From NCBI GenBank assembly GCA_021812365.1, contig JAKANQ010000001.1, forward strand, positions 32,763-96,762: a stretch of DNA of 64,000 nucleotides, in the 5' to 3' direction. Each line of letters starts with the position of its first letter. Positions within the stretch are counted from its first letter, which is position 1. Under the pieces are notes generated by a model. The model searched no databases, had not been told where the DNA came from, and worked only from the letters and a program-made list of their open reading frames with translations. This DNA is from a bacterium. GTDB taxonomy: Bacteria > Patescibacteriota > Minisyncoccia > UBA6257 > GWB1-50-10. A program made the position numbers and the translations under genes. Shown here piece by piece: positions 44,839-54,302 of the stretch.

Positions 44839-45675
44839 CTATTTGAAAAGACTAAGATTTTCTTCTAACGCATAGAATACGGAATCGCGGGCGCCGGAAT
44901 CTTTCATCGTTGCCCCTTTCTTCTTTCTAATATCTCGTATGCTTCTCATGGCTTTTTCATACATCGCGGCAATATCAGGTCGATGTACCGTTTCAGCGTA
45001 TGCTTTATACACTTTCAGCTGATCTGCGATTTCCTCAAGAATCTGGAATTGAATGGGGTGGTTTCCGAGTTCTCTCTTTCTCCCCTCAAGCCACATTGCC
45101 GACAACTCTCGAATCGTTTTTTCATCCGCACCTATGACCACGCGAGGAACATTGGGTAAGCGTTCACGGACGCCCATATACTCGGAATGGAAATATTTCA
45201 CCTCTGCAAGCGTTCCATTTTCAATCTCTTGTTTTATGCGCTTGAACTTCTTTTCGGCATCATGACTGAATGTCACATCAATGCCCATTGCAAGATGCGT
45301 CACGGACTTGCCACCCTCTTTTAATTCGGCGATCGTATCAACGCCATTCTTTATGTCGTCGTATCGCGAAGGCTTGATGGTTTCCGCATCCGGTCCGAAC
45401 CATTCACTTAATTCCGCATGCTCATGCACGATTGCTTCAAAAACAGTCGCTAATTTCTTATGTTTTTTCTGTTCTAACGTTTCCCGGTCCTCAAACTCTC
45501 TTTCCATCCTTTCAACATATTGAACATCATTCCTTATTTCATCAGTGCCATACACATCACTGAAATCTTCCGGTTTTATCTCAGCTTCCTCAATGATGGA
45601 CTTTGCCTTCTCGAACGCTTTATCAAGCGTCAATTGTTCGAAATTATTCTTTGAATCTATCCGTTCAAAATTCAT
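44839..45675 (-). CDS. hypothetical protein (acidic, helical)
   Basis: 278-aa ORF with no recognised motif. Confidence 0.35.
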   Translation of the reverse strand: MNFERIDSKNNFEQLTLDKAFEKAKSIIEEAEIKPEDFSDVYGTDEIRNDVQYVERMEREFEDRETLEQKKHKKLATVFEAIVHEHAELSEWFGPDAETIKPSRYDDIKNGVDTIAELKEGGKSVTHLAMGIDVTFSHDAEKKFKRIKQEIENGTLAEVKYFHSEYMGVRERLPNVPRVVIGADEKTIRELSAMWLEGRKRELGNHPIQFQILEEIADQLKVYKAYAETVHRPDIAAMYEKAMRSIRDIRKKKGATMKDSGARDSVFYALEENLSLFK

Positions 45676-45692
45676 AGATAATGAATATAGTG

Positions 45693-46385
45693 CTATGCGA
45701 CCCGCTTCAGTGAAGTTATTTCTTCATCGGTGAGCTGTCGCCACTTTCCCGGTTTTATGTCCTTTAGTGTTATTTTCCCGATCCTTAGCCGTTTTAATTC
45801 CTGTATGGTGAGATAGACCGCCGCGCACATTCTGCGTATCTGATGTTTTTTTCCTTCTTTTAAGATTATCTTGAATGTATAGGGGCCCACAAGTTTTGTC
45901 TTTGCGGGGAGCGTTATCCCCTCTGCGAGCATTATTCCTTCCTCCATCTTCCTCAGTTTTCCCGGCGTGAGCGGTTCCCTAACCGTGACTTCATACTCCT
46001 TTTCAATGAGATGGTCTGTGCCCGTGACGGTCGAGGTGATTGCGCCGTCATTGGAAAGGAGAAGTAGTCCTTCGCTTTCCTTATCCAATCTCCCTACTGT
46101 ATTCAGATATTTGAATTCGGGAAGCAGATCAAAGACCGTCGGCCCCTCCTCTTTGATTTTTGAAGAAACGATGCCGCGCGGCTTATTAAGTGCAATCGTT
46201 ATCTTCTTTCCGAGCGAAGGACGCGCTGACGGCAATATCTCAATTGTATCCTTTTCGGGATCTATTTGAGTGCCAAGCTCCTTCACCACCTTTCCATTCA
46301 CGGTGATGAATCCCTTCAATATAAAATCTTCCGTCTCTCTTCGAGAAAGTATCTTACGCTCCGACATGTATTTCTGAATGCGCAT
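45693..46385 (-). CDS. rRNA pseudouridine synthase, RsuA/RluB family (S4 domain plus catalytic domain)
   Basis: 230 aa. S4-like N-terminus; catalytic GRLDKESEGLLLLSNDG. Confidence 0.7.
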   Translation of the reverse strand: MRIQKYMSERKILSRRETEDFILKGFITVNGKVVKELGTQIDPEKDTIEILPSARPSLGKKITIALNKPRGIVSSKIKEEGPTVFDLLPEFKYLNTVGRLDKESEGLLLLSNDGAITSTVTGTDHLIEKEYEVTVREPLTPGKLRKMEEGIMLAEGITLPAKTKLVGPYTFKIILKEGKKHQIRRMCAAVYLTIQELKRLRIGKITLKDIKPGKWRQLTDEEITSLKRVA

Positions 46386-46409
46386 TTCCCTTATAGTAGC
46401 CCCGCGCGT

Positions 46410-47405
46410 CTATTTGCGCAATAAAAATGCTTTTATGATGCGTTGAACTTCCTTTCCATCTTTCGCGCCCATCAACTCTATTCGCAATTCTTTCGCATCA
46501 TCAAATCCCGAAACATATGCTTTATAGTGTTTTTTCATGACATCAAAACGCTTGATTCCTTTGAATTTCTTCTCAAAAAGATTCGTGTGTTCAACCATGA
46601 CCTTCAATCTCTCCTTCATAGGAATTTCCTTTCCTTCATATTTTCCACTGAAGAGCCATGGATTGCCGAATATCGCTCGTCCGAGCATAACGCCATCAAC
46701 TCCGTATTCATCCGCTTTTGCCTTCGCGTCTCTCATATCGCGTACGTCGCCATTTCCTAATATAAGCGTCCTCGTGGGCGATGAATCATATCTTCGCGCA
46801 ATACGTACAGCCTCGCCGAGTACCTCCCAGTGAGCGGCCACCTTTGACATCTCCTTGCGGGTGCGGGCATGAATCGTGATTGCCGCGGGTTCCGCCTCCA
46901 AAAGGACGGGCAGCCATGTTTTTAAATTGTTTTCGTTATAGCCAATTCTCGTTTTGACCGAAACGGGCATATCACCCGCACCACGTTTTGCAGCCGCGAT
47001 GATCTCAGCCGCCAACTTAGGATTTTTCATAAGCGCGGCGCCCGCTCCTTGTTTTTCTATCGCCCTGTCGGGACAACCCATATTGATATCCAATCCATCA
47101 AACTTAAGTTTCTTTATGAGGCGGGCGCATTCTTCCATGTGATTCGGACGAGAACCAAAAAGCTGTGCAACGATAGGGCGCTCGTTTTTGTCGTACCGAA
47201 GGTCAACAAGAAGCCTCTCCCTGCCCTTTTCCGAACATAGTCCGTCACATGCCACGAACTCCGTCCAAGTCACGTCCGGAGCGCCATATTTTGCGATTAT
47301 CGCGCGAAAGGCCGCATCCGTGACATCAGCCATCGGCGCAAGTGCAAATATCGGTTTTTTCAGTTTTTTCCAGAATCCTTGTACCATGGTCACTAAATGC
47401 CCCAT
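46410..47405 (-). CDS. dus: tRNA-dihydrouridine synthase
   Basis: 331 aa. ALAPMADVTDAAFR N-terminus and TIM-barrel Dus motifs (DINMGCP, catalytic Cys). Confidence 0.7.
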   Translation of the reverse strand: MGHLVTMVQGFWKKLKKPIFALAPMADVTDAAFRAIIAKYGAPDVTWTEFVACDGLCSEKGRERLLVDLRYDKNERPIVAQLFGSRPNHMEECARLIKKLKFDGLDINMGCPDRAIEKQGAGAALMKNPKLAAEIIAAAKRGAGDMPVSVKTRIGYNENNLKTWLPVLLEAEPAAITIHARTRKEMSKVAAHWEVLGEAVRIARRYDSSPTRTLILGNGDVRDMRDAKAKADEYGVDGVMLGRAIFGNPWLFSGKYEGKEIPMKERLKVMVEHTNLFEKKFKGIKRFDVMKKHYKAYVSGFDDAKELRIELMGAKDGKEVQRIIKAFLLRK

Positions 47406-47425
47406 CGAACGATGGGGCGGAGCAC

Positions 47426-48766
47426 CTACTTTTTCAATATCTCCTTCACCCTTGAAGGCAGGTCTTTTTGTTTCACCTCCTCCTGAGTGCGCGCATTCAT
47501 ATCCTTGATAAGTGCGGTCCCCTTACTTGATTCGGTTGCCCCGATTATCACAACGACTGGGATCTCCATGGCCACCGCATAGGCGAGTTGTCCTTTTAGG
47601 TTTTCTTCTCCTCCCGCATAAAATTCCGCATTGAGACCCTCGGCGCGAAGGGCCACGGAGTTCTTTATCACGTCCTTTTCACCCGCCTCATCGAAATTGA
47701 GGAAAAGCGCCTCGGTGACAGACCTCTCTTTTTTTACAAGATTCAACTGTTCCATCGCGGCAAAGAGCCTGTCGATTCCAACAGATGTTCCCACCGCAGG
47801 AATAGCCGCGCTTCCAAATCGTTCAATGAGATTGTCATACCTCCCTCCTGAAAACACGCTTCCTATCTGCGGAAGTTCCGTAAGTATTGTTTCGAAAATC
47901 GTTCCCGTATAATATCCCAATCCTCTTGCGACGGAAAAATCTATTGCCCAAACATCGTCCGGCACTTCAAGCATCTTTAAGTAGTCTGTAATCGATTCAA
48001 GTTCTTTTATTCCTTCATTTGCACCATTATTCTCTCCCATAAGTTTCTCCGCCTTTTCAAGCATGCTTTTCGCGGTACTCCCTTTCAATTCTACGAATTT
48101 GCGAATTGCTTCTATCTGTTCGGCTGATAGATAGGCCCCCTTCTTATCAGCCAATTCAACGGCAACATCGTTCCATGACTGCTTATCGAGTTTATCTAAG
48201 GCGCGTAACACCGGCTCTGTTTTCCAGGCTTCAAACCCCGCATATTCAGCTAATGCGTTCAATATCTTTCTGTTATTGATGCGTATGACAAATTTTAAAA
48301 ATCCCAGTGCGCGCATCGTTTCCGTCATAAGCGCGATTATCTCCGCATCTGAGGAGAGTTTGTCAGACCCTACAATGTCCGCATCGCATTGCATGAATTC
48401 CCGATAACGGCCTGCTTGCTGGCGTTCACCTCGCCACACCCTTCCCATTTCATATCGCTTGAAAGGCTTTTTCAGAGTACCGGCGCTCGCTGCCATCACG
48501 CGCGCAAGAGGGACCGTGAGGTCAAAACGCAGAGATAACTCATTCTCATCTCCGCCTTGCGACACAATGCCATATATCTGCTTTTTAAAATTTTGATCGC
48601 CTCCCGTCAACACGTCGGTCTTTTCGACGGCTGATGTGGAAAGCGGCGAAAAGCCAAAACGCTCGAATACGTTTCGAATCGTATCGAGCATTTTTTGCCT
48701 AGGAATCATATCTTCGGGAAGATAGTCCTTAAATCCGCCAGGAAGCTTCGGTTCTATTGCTTGCAT
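47426..48766 (-). CDS. hisS: histidine--tRNA ligase
   Basis: 446 aa. Class II motif 2 FRYEMGRVWRGERQQAGRYREFMQCD and a C-terminal anticodon-binding domain. Confidence 0.8.
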   Translation of the reverse strand: MQAIEPKLPGGFKDYLPEDMIPRQKMLDTIRNVFERFGFSPLSTSAVEKTDVLTGGDQNFKKQIYGIVSQGGDENELSLRFDLTVPLARVMAASAGTLKKPFKRYEMGRVWRGERQQAGRYREFMQCDADIVGSDKLSSDAEIIALMTETMRALGFLKFVIRINNRKILNALAEYAGFEAWKTEPVLRALDKLDKQSWNDVAVELADKKGAYLSAEQIEAIRKFVELKGSTAKSMLEKAEKLMGENNGANEGIKELESITDYLKMLEVPDDVWAIDFSVARGLGYYTGTIFETILTELPQIGSVFSGGRYDNLIERFGSAAIPAVGTSVGIDRLFAAMEQLNLVKKERSVTEALFLNFDEAGEKDVIKNSVALRAEGLNAEFYAGGEENLKGQLAYAVAMEIPVVVIIGATESSKGTALIKDMNARTQEEVKQKDLPSRVKEILKK

Positions 48767-48836
48767 TGTCTATAGTATGCATTATTAGGCGCAGTTTTTG
48801 AAGTGGCTGCGAAAAAATGAATACTCAATACGCTCC

Positions 48837-49007
48837 TTATTTCCTTTTGCCGCAATGCTCGCACTTCTTGCCCATTTCATATTTTTTTCCGCACGAAACG
48901 CAGATTTTCCCCGGCTTTCCTTTATGCGTATGCACCGTGTGCACTTCACAAGGACATTCACACGCCAGACAAACCTCTGAATTTTCGCTTTCTTTTTGTT
49001 TTTCCAT
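48837..49007 (-). CDS. small Cys-rich zinc-ribbon protein (56 aa), not in the ORF track
   Basis: Minus-strand ORF MEKQKESENSEVCLACECPCEVHTVHTHKGKPGKICVSCGKKYEMGKKCEHCGKRK with eight Cys and four His in regular CxxC spacing. Fills the gap between hisS and doxX. Confidence 0.4.
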   Translation of the reverse strand: MEKQKESENSEVCLACECPCEVHTVHTHKGKPGKICVSCGKKYEMGKKCEHCGKRK

Positions 49008-49015
49008 GGCCGCTT

Positions 49016-49405
49016 TTATTGGATTCCTATCGTTCCGCCTCCCACGAGTAGAATCGTGATGCTTGCCGCAAGCAAGATAAGATCAAACTCCCATCCAGTT
49101 CCCGTTTTCGACGAAAATGGAACATTCCATTTTGCTATTTTCATGGTGATGGCTCCGATCATGACACAGATGAGAAGCAATGCGCCCAACTGCGTATAAA
49201 AACCGAATATGAGATACAATGCTGAGATAACCTCCACAAAACCCAACAGAATGACCATAAAACTCAATCCTGCCATTCCCATTCCTTCCGCCATGGCTTT
49301 GGGATGTTTGAATTTCGGCATTGCGTGCACTAAAAAAATGATTCCGATGATGAAGCGAAGAAAAAATAAACCGATATTACTGTACTGCAGTGATTCGATG
49401 AACAT
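49016..49405 (-). CDS. DoxX-family membrane protein
   Basis: 129 aa. Four TM helices with a DoxX pattern. Confidence 0.5.
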   Translation of the reverse strand: MFIESLQYSNIGLFFLRFIIGIIFLVHAMPKFKHPKAMAEGMGMAGLSFMVILLGFVEVISALYLIFGFYTQLGALLLICVMIGAITMKIAKWNVPFSSKTGTGWEFDLILLAASITILLVGGGTIGIQ

Positions 49406-49446
49406 TTTATTTATATCGTTGTTTTATCATTTCGACCTTGAATTTG

Positions 49447-49929
49447 CTATTCGACGACAATAACGGTTCCTGTATCGGCTGGATTTAAATGATTGTGATA
49501 CTTCCAAGTACCGACGATATCAAACTCGAATGACCAGTATCCGCCCGGTTTTATAATCCTGCACGCATCAAATGTGCTGCCTACGCATCCCCCCGTGGTC
49601 GGATAATCCGTGTGGGTGGGGTGAGGATCGGATGCGGGTCTCATATCATGCGTACTTTGATTTTGAAACGTAATTGTTGCCCCCTTTCTTATGGTCAAGG
49701 GATTCGGAGAAAAACCTTTGTCGGTATATATGACGGTATTCTGCATAGGAAGCGAGGCATTAGGACTCCTCTCAGTCGTCACGGGAGGAGGCGGTAATCG
49801 GACGCCCGTGATCGGGTCTCTGCTTTGAGAAGAGGAGAACAAGGTTGGATTTGTCGCCCAGTAGTATCCTCCAAGCGCAACTACAAAAATAAAAACAACG
49901 ATGAAAATAATCTTATTCTTATCCAACAT
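49447..49929 (-). CDS. secreted cupredoxin-like / Pro-rich beta-domain protein (uncertain)
   Basis: 160 aa. Signal anchor, Pro-rich linker, His- and Cys-containing beta-rich C-terminus (HDMRPASDPHPTH ... GTWKYHNHLNP). Confidence 0.35.
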   Translation of the reverse strand: MLDKNKIIFIVVFIFVVALGGYYWATNPTLFSSSQSRDPITGVRLPPPPVTTERSPNASLPMQNTVIYTDKGFSPNPLTIRKGATITFQNQSTHDMRPASDPHPTHTDYPTTGGCVGSTFDACRIIKPGGYWSFEFDIVGTWKYHNHLNPADTGTVIVVE

Positions 49930-49964
49930 ATGTATTCATTGTAGCAAACCCGCTCTTCAGAGGA

Positions 49965-49996
49965 AACAAAAAACGACTCATCAAGTCGTTTTTTAT
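49965..49996. terminator. bidirectional terminator next to the 3' end of tRNA-Gly
   Basis: aaaaaacgact-catca-agtcgtttttt. Confidence 0.6.
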
Positions 49997-49999
49997 ATT

Positions 50000-50073
50000 T
50001 GGTGCGGGATACGGGAATCGAACCCGTGTCTCAACCTTGGGAAGGTCGCATTCTGCCACTAAACCAATCCCGC
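50000..50073 (-). tRNA. tRNA-Gly (anticodon CCC), CCA encoded
   Basis: Minus strand GCGGGATTGGTTTAGTGGCAGAATGCGACCTTCCCAAGGTTGAGACACGGGTTCGATTCCCGTATCCCGCACCA. Acceptor GCGGGAT/ATCCCGC, T-loop TTCGATT, anticodon loop UUCCCAA. Confidence 0.8.
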
Positions 50074-50078
50074 ATTAT

Positions 50079-50375
50079 CTATTGTATGGCACTTGAGGAA
50101 GCAGTACTCGACGTTTCCGGAACGACGATTATCATTTGTTCTCCATTATTCTTATAATTGAATCGCGCTTTCGATTCTTTTATAAGATTTTCAGGAAGTT
50201 CAAAATATTTTATTGAATTCTGAAGCGAAGCATTTTCGCTATTGAGTTTTTTAGTCGCTTCTGAAAGATTTAGAATCTCCTCGTGTATCTTATTTTTTTG
50301 CTGTACTAAAGAATATCCCACCCATGTAAGTATTGCAACAAGCGCTGCAATGAATGATAGTTTTAGAAACCGCAT
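50079..50375 (-). CDS. FtsB/DivIC-like septum-formation coiled-coil membrane protein
   Basis: 98 aa. N-terminal TM, then a coiled coil (EEILNLSEATKKLNSENASLQNSI). Confidence 0.4.
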   Translation of the reverse strand: MRFLKLSFIAALVAILTWVGYSLVQQKNKIHEEILNLSEATKKLNSENASLQNSIKYFELPENLIKESKARFNYKNNGEQMIIVVPETSSTASSSAIQ

Positions 50376-50388
50376 TGTGCCTATTATA

Positions 50389-52209
50389 CTATCGTTTTAA
50401 CAATTCTTTAAATACTTCAGGGGCAATCTGCACCTGCGCTCTCGCCTCAAGATTTTTCTTCCCTCGCTGCTGTTTTTTCCATAATTTCATCTTACGAGAC
50501 CTATCTCCTCCATACAGATATCCGGTGACATCTTTTCTCAATGCGGGAATGTCTTCGCGTGCAACTATCTTTCCTTCAGCCTGCGCCTGAATCGGCTGGG
50601 TCCACTGCTGACGAGGAAGATGTTCTTTAAGCCTATCGACCATCTTTCTCGCTTCTCTTGTCGCCACTTCACGCGGCAAGAATCTGCTAAGTCCCGGAAT
50701 GACCTCATGGGACACGAGAATATCCACGCGCACCACATCGGCCTTTTCATATTCCAACACTTCATAACTGAAGGATGCCATTCCCTTCGTCGATGATTTA
50801 AGCTGATCATCAAAATCACTCACAAGTTCCGCGAGTGGCATTTGCGTTATAAGATGCACCCTATCGCCCAATGTTTCCGTATGTAGGTCCGAAAAGCGAA
50901 ACGCTCGCTGAAGCGCAATTACATTCGAAAGATATTCATTCGGTAAGATGATATCCAATTTGATGATGGGTTCCCATATCTCATCAAAATCTTGCGGAAG
51001 CTCTTCCGGTTTTACGATAGTAAGCCAATCATTTCCCCGTTTTACGCGATATAACACGGAGGGAAATGTATTCACCGTCTCAACCTTGAATTCACGCCGC
51101 AATCGTTCTGCGGTTATTTCAAAGTGAAGGCGCCCCAAAAACCCGACCTTAAATCCCCTCCCTAATACTTCGTTCTGATCAGGTTCAATATGAAGTGCCG
51201 AATCATTCAATTTAAGTTTTTGCAGCCCTCTCGTGAGCGCCTCATAGTTATCGCTCTCTTCCGGATAGAATGACACGAAGACAACAGGCATTGCCTCTTT
51301 ATAGCCGTGAAGCGCAAATCGTTCCGCATCTCTTATATTTTTTGAAACAAGGACCGTATCTCCTATCTTTATCTTTTCGGGATCGCGGATACCCGTTGCC
51401 ACATAGCCGATTTCTCCCGCGGTGAGTTTTTCAGAAACAGGCAGCGCGATGAGCTGCGGCATAAAATAGCCGATCTCTTTGATACGCGAATGAGTATTGG
51501 TGGCAACCATCACAATCTCATCTTCTCCCGTGATCTCTCCATCAAACATTCGTATGGATGCGACCACGCCCTTATGGTCATCAAAGAACGAGTCAAAAAT
51601 AAGCGCGCGACCGAAAGCTTCAACGCTCTTTTGCGGGGGTGGGACTTTTTCGATAACGTCATCAAGGAGTTCTCTCACCCCATCGCCCGTCTTACCGGAA
51701 ATATGATGTATCTCCTTTTCATCCACTCCGATAAGCTCCGCGAGGCTTTTCCGAAGCGTAAAGAGCCGCTCATCGTCAAGATTGATGTTTCCTGCGGAAT
51801 CTTTGAAAAAATCCACCTTGTTGAGCGCTCCCACCACGGTAAGTCCCGCCGCTTTTGCGAGCCGATGATTTGCCAATGTTTGTGCCTGAATGCCCTGAGT
51901 CGCATCCACCAAAAGCACCGCGCCCTCTACCGCATTTAATGAGCGCGAGACCTCATATGAAAAATCGGAGTGTCCCGGCGTATCGATAAGATTCAATATA
52001 TAGTTTGTTCCCTTGTGTTCATATCTCATGCGCACGGGAGCCATTTTAATGGTGATGCCCCTCTCACGCTCAAGCTCAAGTTGGTCAAGATATTGAGCCT
52101 TCATCTTGCGCATTTCCACCGTTTTTGTGACTTCCAAAAAACGATCGGCAAGAGTACTCTTGCCGTGATCAACGTGCGCTATTATTACAAAATTTCTTAT
52201 ATTCTTCAT
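50389..52209 (-). CDS. lepA: translation elongation factor 4 (LepA)
   Basis: MKNIRNFVIIAHVDHGKSTLADR G-domain and a LepA-specific C-terminus (GYLYGGDRSRKMKLWKKQ). The track ORF extends to 52296, but the Met at 52209 abuts the upstream gene's stop and matches the canonical LepA start. Confidence 0.8.
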   Translation of the reverse strand: MKNIRNFVIIAHVDHGKSTLADRFLEVTKTVEMRKMKAQYLDQLELERERGITIKMAPVRMRYEHKGTNYILNLIDTPGHSDFSYEVSRSLNAVEGAVLLVDATQGIQAQTLANHRLAKAAGLTVVGALNKVDFFKDSAGNINLDDERLFTLRKSLAELIGVDEKEIHHISGKTGDGVRELLDDVIEKVPPPQKSVEAFGRALIFDSFFDDHKGVVASIRMFDGEITGEDEIVMVATNTHSRIKEIGYFMPQLIALPVSEKLTAGEIGYVATGIRDPEKIKIGDTVLVSKNIRDAERFALHGYKEAMPVVFVSFYPEESDNYEALTRGLQKLKLNDSALHIEPDQNEVLGRGFKVGFLGRLHFEITAERLRREFKVETVNTFPSVLYRVKRGNDWLTIVKPEELPQDFDEIWEPIIKLDIILPNEYLSNVIALQRAFRFSDLHTETLGDRVHLITQMPLAELVSDFDDQLKSSTKGMASFSYEVLEYEKADVVRVDILVSHEVIPGLSRFLPREVATREARKMVDRLKEHLPRQQWTQPIQAQAEGKIVAREDIPALRKDVTGYLYGGDRSRKMKLWKKQQRGKKNLEARAQVQIAPEVFKELLKR

Positions 52210-54302
52210 TGTTTTGCGAGCTTCAGCGTAAGAATCACTCTTCCGTCCGGATCGTCGTTCGAATACGTGTATGTGGGCGTTCCTGTTTCTTCCCACACAA
52301 ATCCAATAGGCGCCGCTATGGTCGCACTAAGTTTCGTTGAGACCCCTGACTGCTTTTCATAGACAAATGTATATGTGGAACCCGTCGTGGGAGGGGTGAG
52401 AGAAGTATTATCGTTATGGTATCTCAGCGTCAAGACTCCCGTTTTTCTTGGTTCTACGTTGAACCAAGTACCGAATGCTGTTTTATTAAATTCATTCATA
52501 ACCCACGCGTTGAATTCCGGTATTGCGGTTGTTGAATTATCGATTGCTTGAAGATCGGCATTTTCGTCATAGCCGTTCGAGTCATAGTTGAACTTCGGCT
52601 TTTCAAGCTTAATTGAATTACCTTTCATCGAAATGAGAGCGGAGCCAGGATCCGTGAGTATCTGGATGAAATCCTGATTCTTTGAGTTCCACCATGGATC
52701 TTTCTTATCTCCTCCATTATGAACACGGGTTACCGTCAGATCGGTAAGAACGGCGCCACTTGTATCAATATTGATGTTCGCGTCGACGGACTGATTGATA
52801 AGTGCATCGGTCTTGCCGCCCGCGACATTCGCATCAACTACCGCAAGATATGAACCGAGAAAATTCGAAGGAATATCAAACACGGACCCATCCACGTCGG
52901 ATTGCTTAAGAAATGATGCAAGTGAATCATCCTTTGCGTAGAACATTATATCCTTTTTTGCCACGTGTTCCCCAAGTTTCTTCAAAAATATGTTCTGACT
53001 ATTTGAATCAAGTGCCTTCATCTTTTCTAAAAGAAGGGGGGCAAGCACCTTCAGTATCTTTTTAGGCTGTCCTGCTTTTTTATCCTTTCCCGCTTCCACC
53101 TCTCGCTGCACTTCAGTGAGAAAATTATTCTGGTCGATGGTTAGATCATAGTCTGGCAGATAGATTGGACCGGTTGCTTCAAGCATTGATTGAATGACCG
53201 GAATATTGACGGCAATGGCGCCGTCAAACGTCACCCCATTTTCGCTATACATTTTGGAAAGTTCGAGAAAATTAATGACGGTCTTTGCCGATGTAGGAAA
53301 ATCAAAGAACCAGTTCGCATCGCGCGCCCCCCAATTTTGAGTTATTGTCTGTAATTGATACGGAGGAACTATCTTTTCAAAGAACTGGCCATCAGGATCG
53401 TAGATATCCCTCACGTCGATATTTTGCATCTGTCCATTCCGTATCGATATGTCGGCATAACTTCCGATAAAACCGCCCCCGGGACGTATTTCCGACGGGT
53501 TTTGGAACAATACCAGAAAGTGACGCGTGTTATCCGAATTAAGTATGGTAATAAGGCTTCCAAGAAATGAATTCGCTTTATAGAGCGAGGCGCTATTCTC
53601 CAAATACCTTTTCCCAATCGCATCATCGATGGTATCGAACGAAGAAGAAAGTTTTCTTAGATTGGAGGTTGCGTTTTTAACCGCTTGAGCTTCGCTATTT
53701 ATATTTGCAATCGATGTTTGCATGCCGCGAAGCTCAGACAAGAACGCGGGCCCATCGGATTGGAAATTATGAAATCCATTCTTTTTTAAGTCCTCGGTGG
53801 CATTTGAGAGATTCAAGAAATTAAGATTCAACGATGCCACATGCTGAATAAGCGAGCCGCTTTCCTTGAATGCGGGGATAATATCTCCTAACAAATTCAA
53901 AAAACCGATGGCGTGATTATTTTTCAATAATTGATCGAGCTGTGCGATATTTTTCCCATTTTGTTCAAGCGTCGCACTTGCTTTCTCAGGTTCAAGATTC
54001 TGCAATGAATGAACCGAATTCGAGAAATTCTCTCCAATCTGCTCACCTGATTTCTTAAGCGCGTCCTTCACACTGAAAAGTCTCACCCCCTCAAACGCGA
54101 TGAGGACCAATAATAGCGATACGAATGCGAGTGCCGTTTTTTTGAAGATGGAATGTATTCTTTTTGCATGGTCATATTCTCCGATAGGAGTCCTTCGTAG
54201 ATCTATCGAAGGGTGATGTGATGACCATGAATAGTTGGCGGCCGGATTCTTCACATCGACCACCACGGGAACCACATTATTGCGGGAAACCTTTTTTTTC
54301 AT
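52206..54302 (-). CDS. large membrane-anchored extracytoplasmic protein (possibly DUF4012-like), envelope or polysaccharide associated
   Basis: 698 aa. N-terminal TM, then a long secreted region (VLFQNPSEIRPGGGFIGSYADI ...). First gene of a glycosyltransferase operon. Confidence 0.4.
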   Translation of the reverse strand: MKKKVSRNNVVPVVVDVKNPAANYSWSSHHPSIDLRRTPIGEYDHAKRIHSIFKKTALAFVSLLLVLIAFEGVRLFSVKDALKKSGEQIGENFSNSVHSLQNLEPEKASATLEQNGKNIAQLDQLLKNNHAIGFLNLLGDIIPAFKESGSLIQHVASLNLNFLNLSNATEDLKKNGFHNFQSDGPAFLSELRGMQTSIANINSEAQAVKNATSNLRKLSSSFDTIDDAIGKRYLENSASLYKANSFLGSLITILNSDNTRHFLVLFQNPSEIRPGGGFIGSYADISIRNGQMQNIDVRDIYDPDGQFFEKIVPPYQLQTITQNWGARDANWFFDFPTSAKTVINFLELSKMYSENGVTFDGAIAVNIPVIQSMLEATGPIYLPDYDLTIDQNNFLTEVQREVEAGKDKKAGQPKKILKVLAPLLLEKMKALDSNSQNIFLKKLGEHVAKKDIMFYAKDDSLASFLKQSDVDGSVFDIPSNFLGSYLAVVDANVAGGKTDALINQSVDANINIDTSGAVLTDLTVTRVHNGGDKKDPWWNSKNQDFIQILTDPGSALISMKGNSIKLEKPKFNYDSNGYDENADLQAIDNSTTAIPEFNAWVMNEFNKTAFGTWFNVEPRKTGVLTLRYHNDNTSLTPPTTGSTYTFVYEKQSGVSTKLSATIAAPIGFVWEETGTPTYTYSNDDPDGRVILTLKLAKQ

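Noticed and set aside
52210-52296. 29-codon N-terminal extension of LepA
   Set aside because: Canonical LepA starts MKNIRNF. The extension overlaps the upstream gene.
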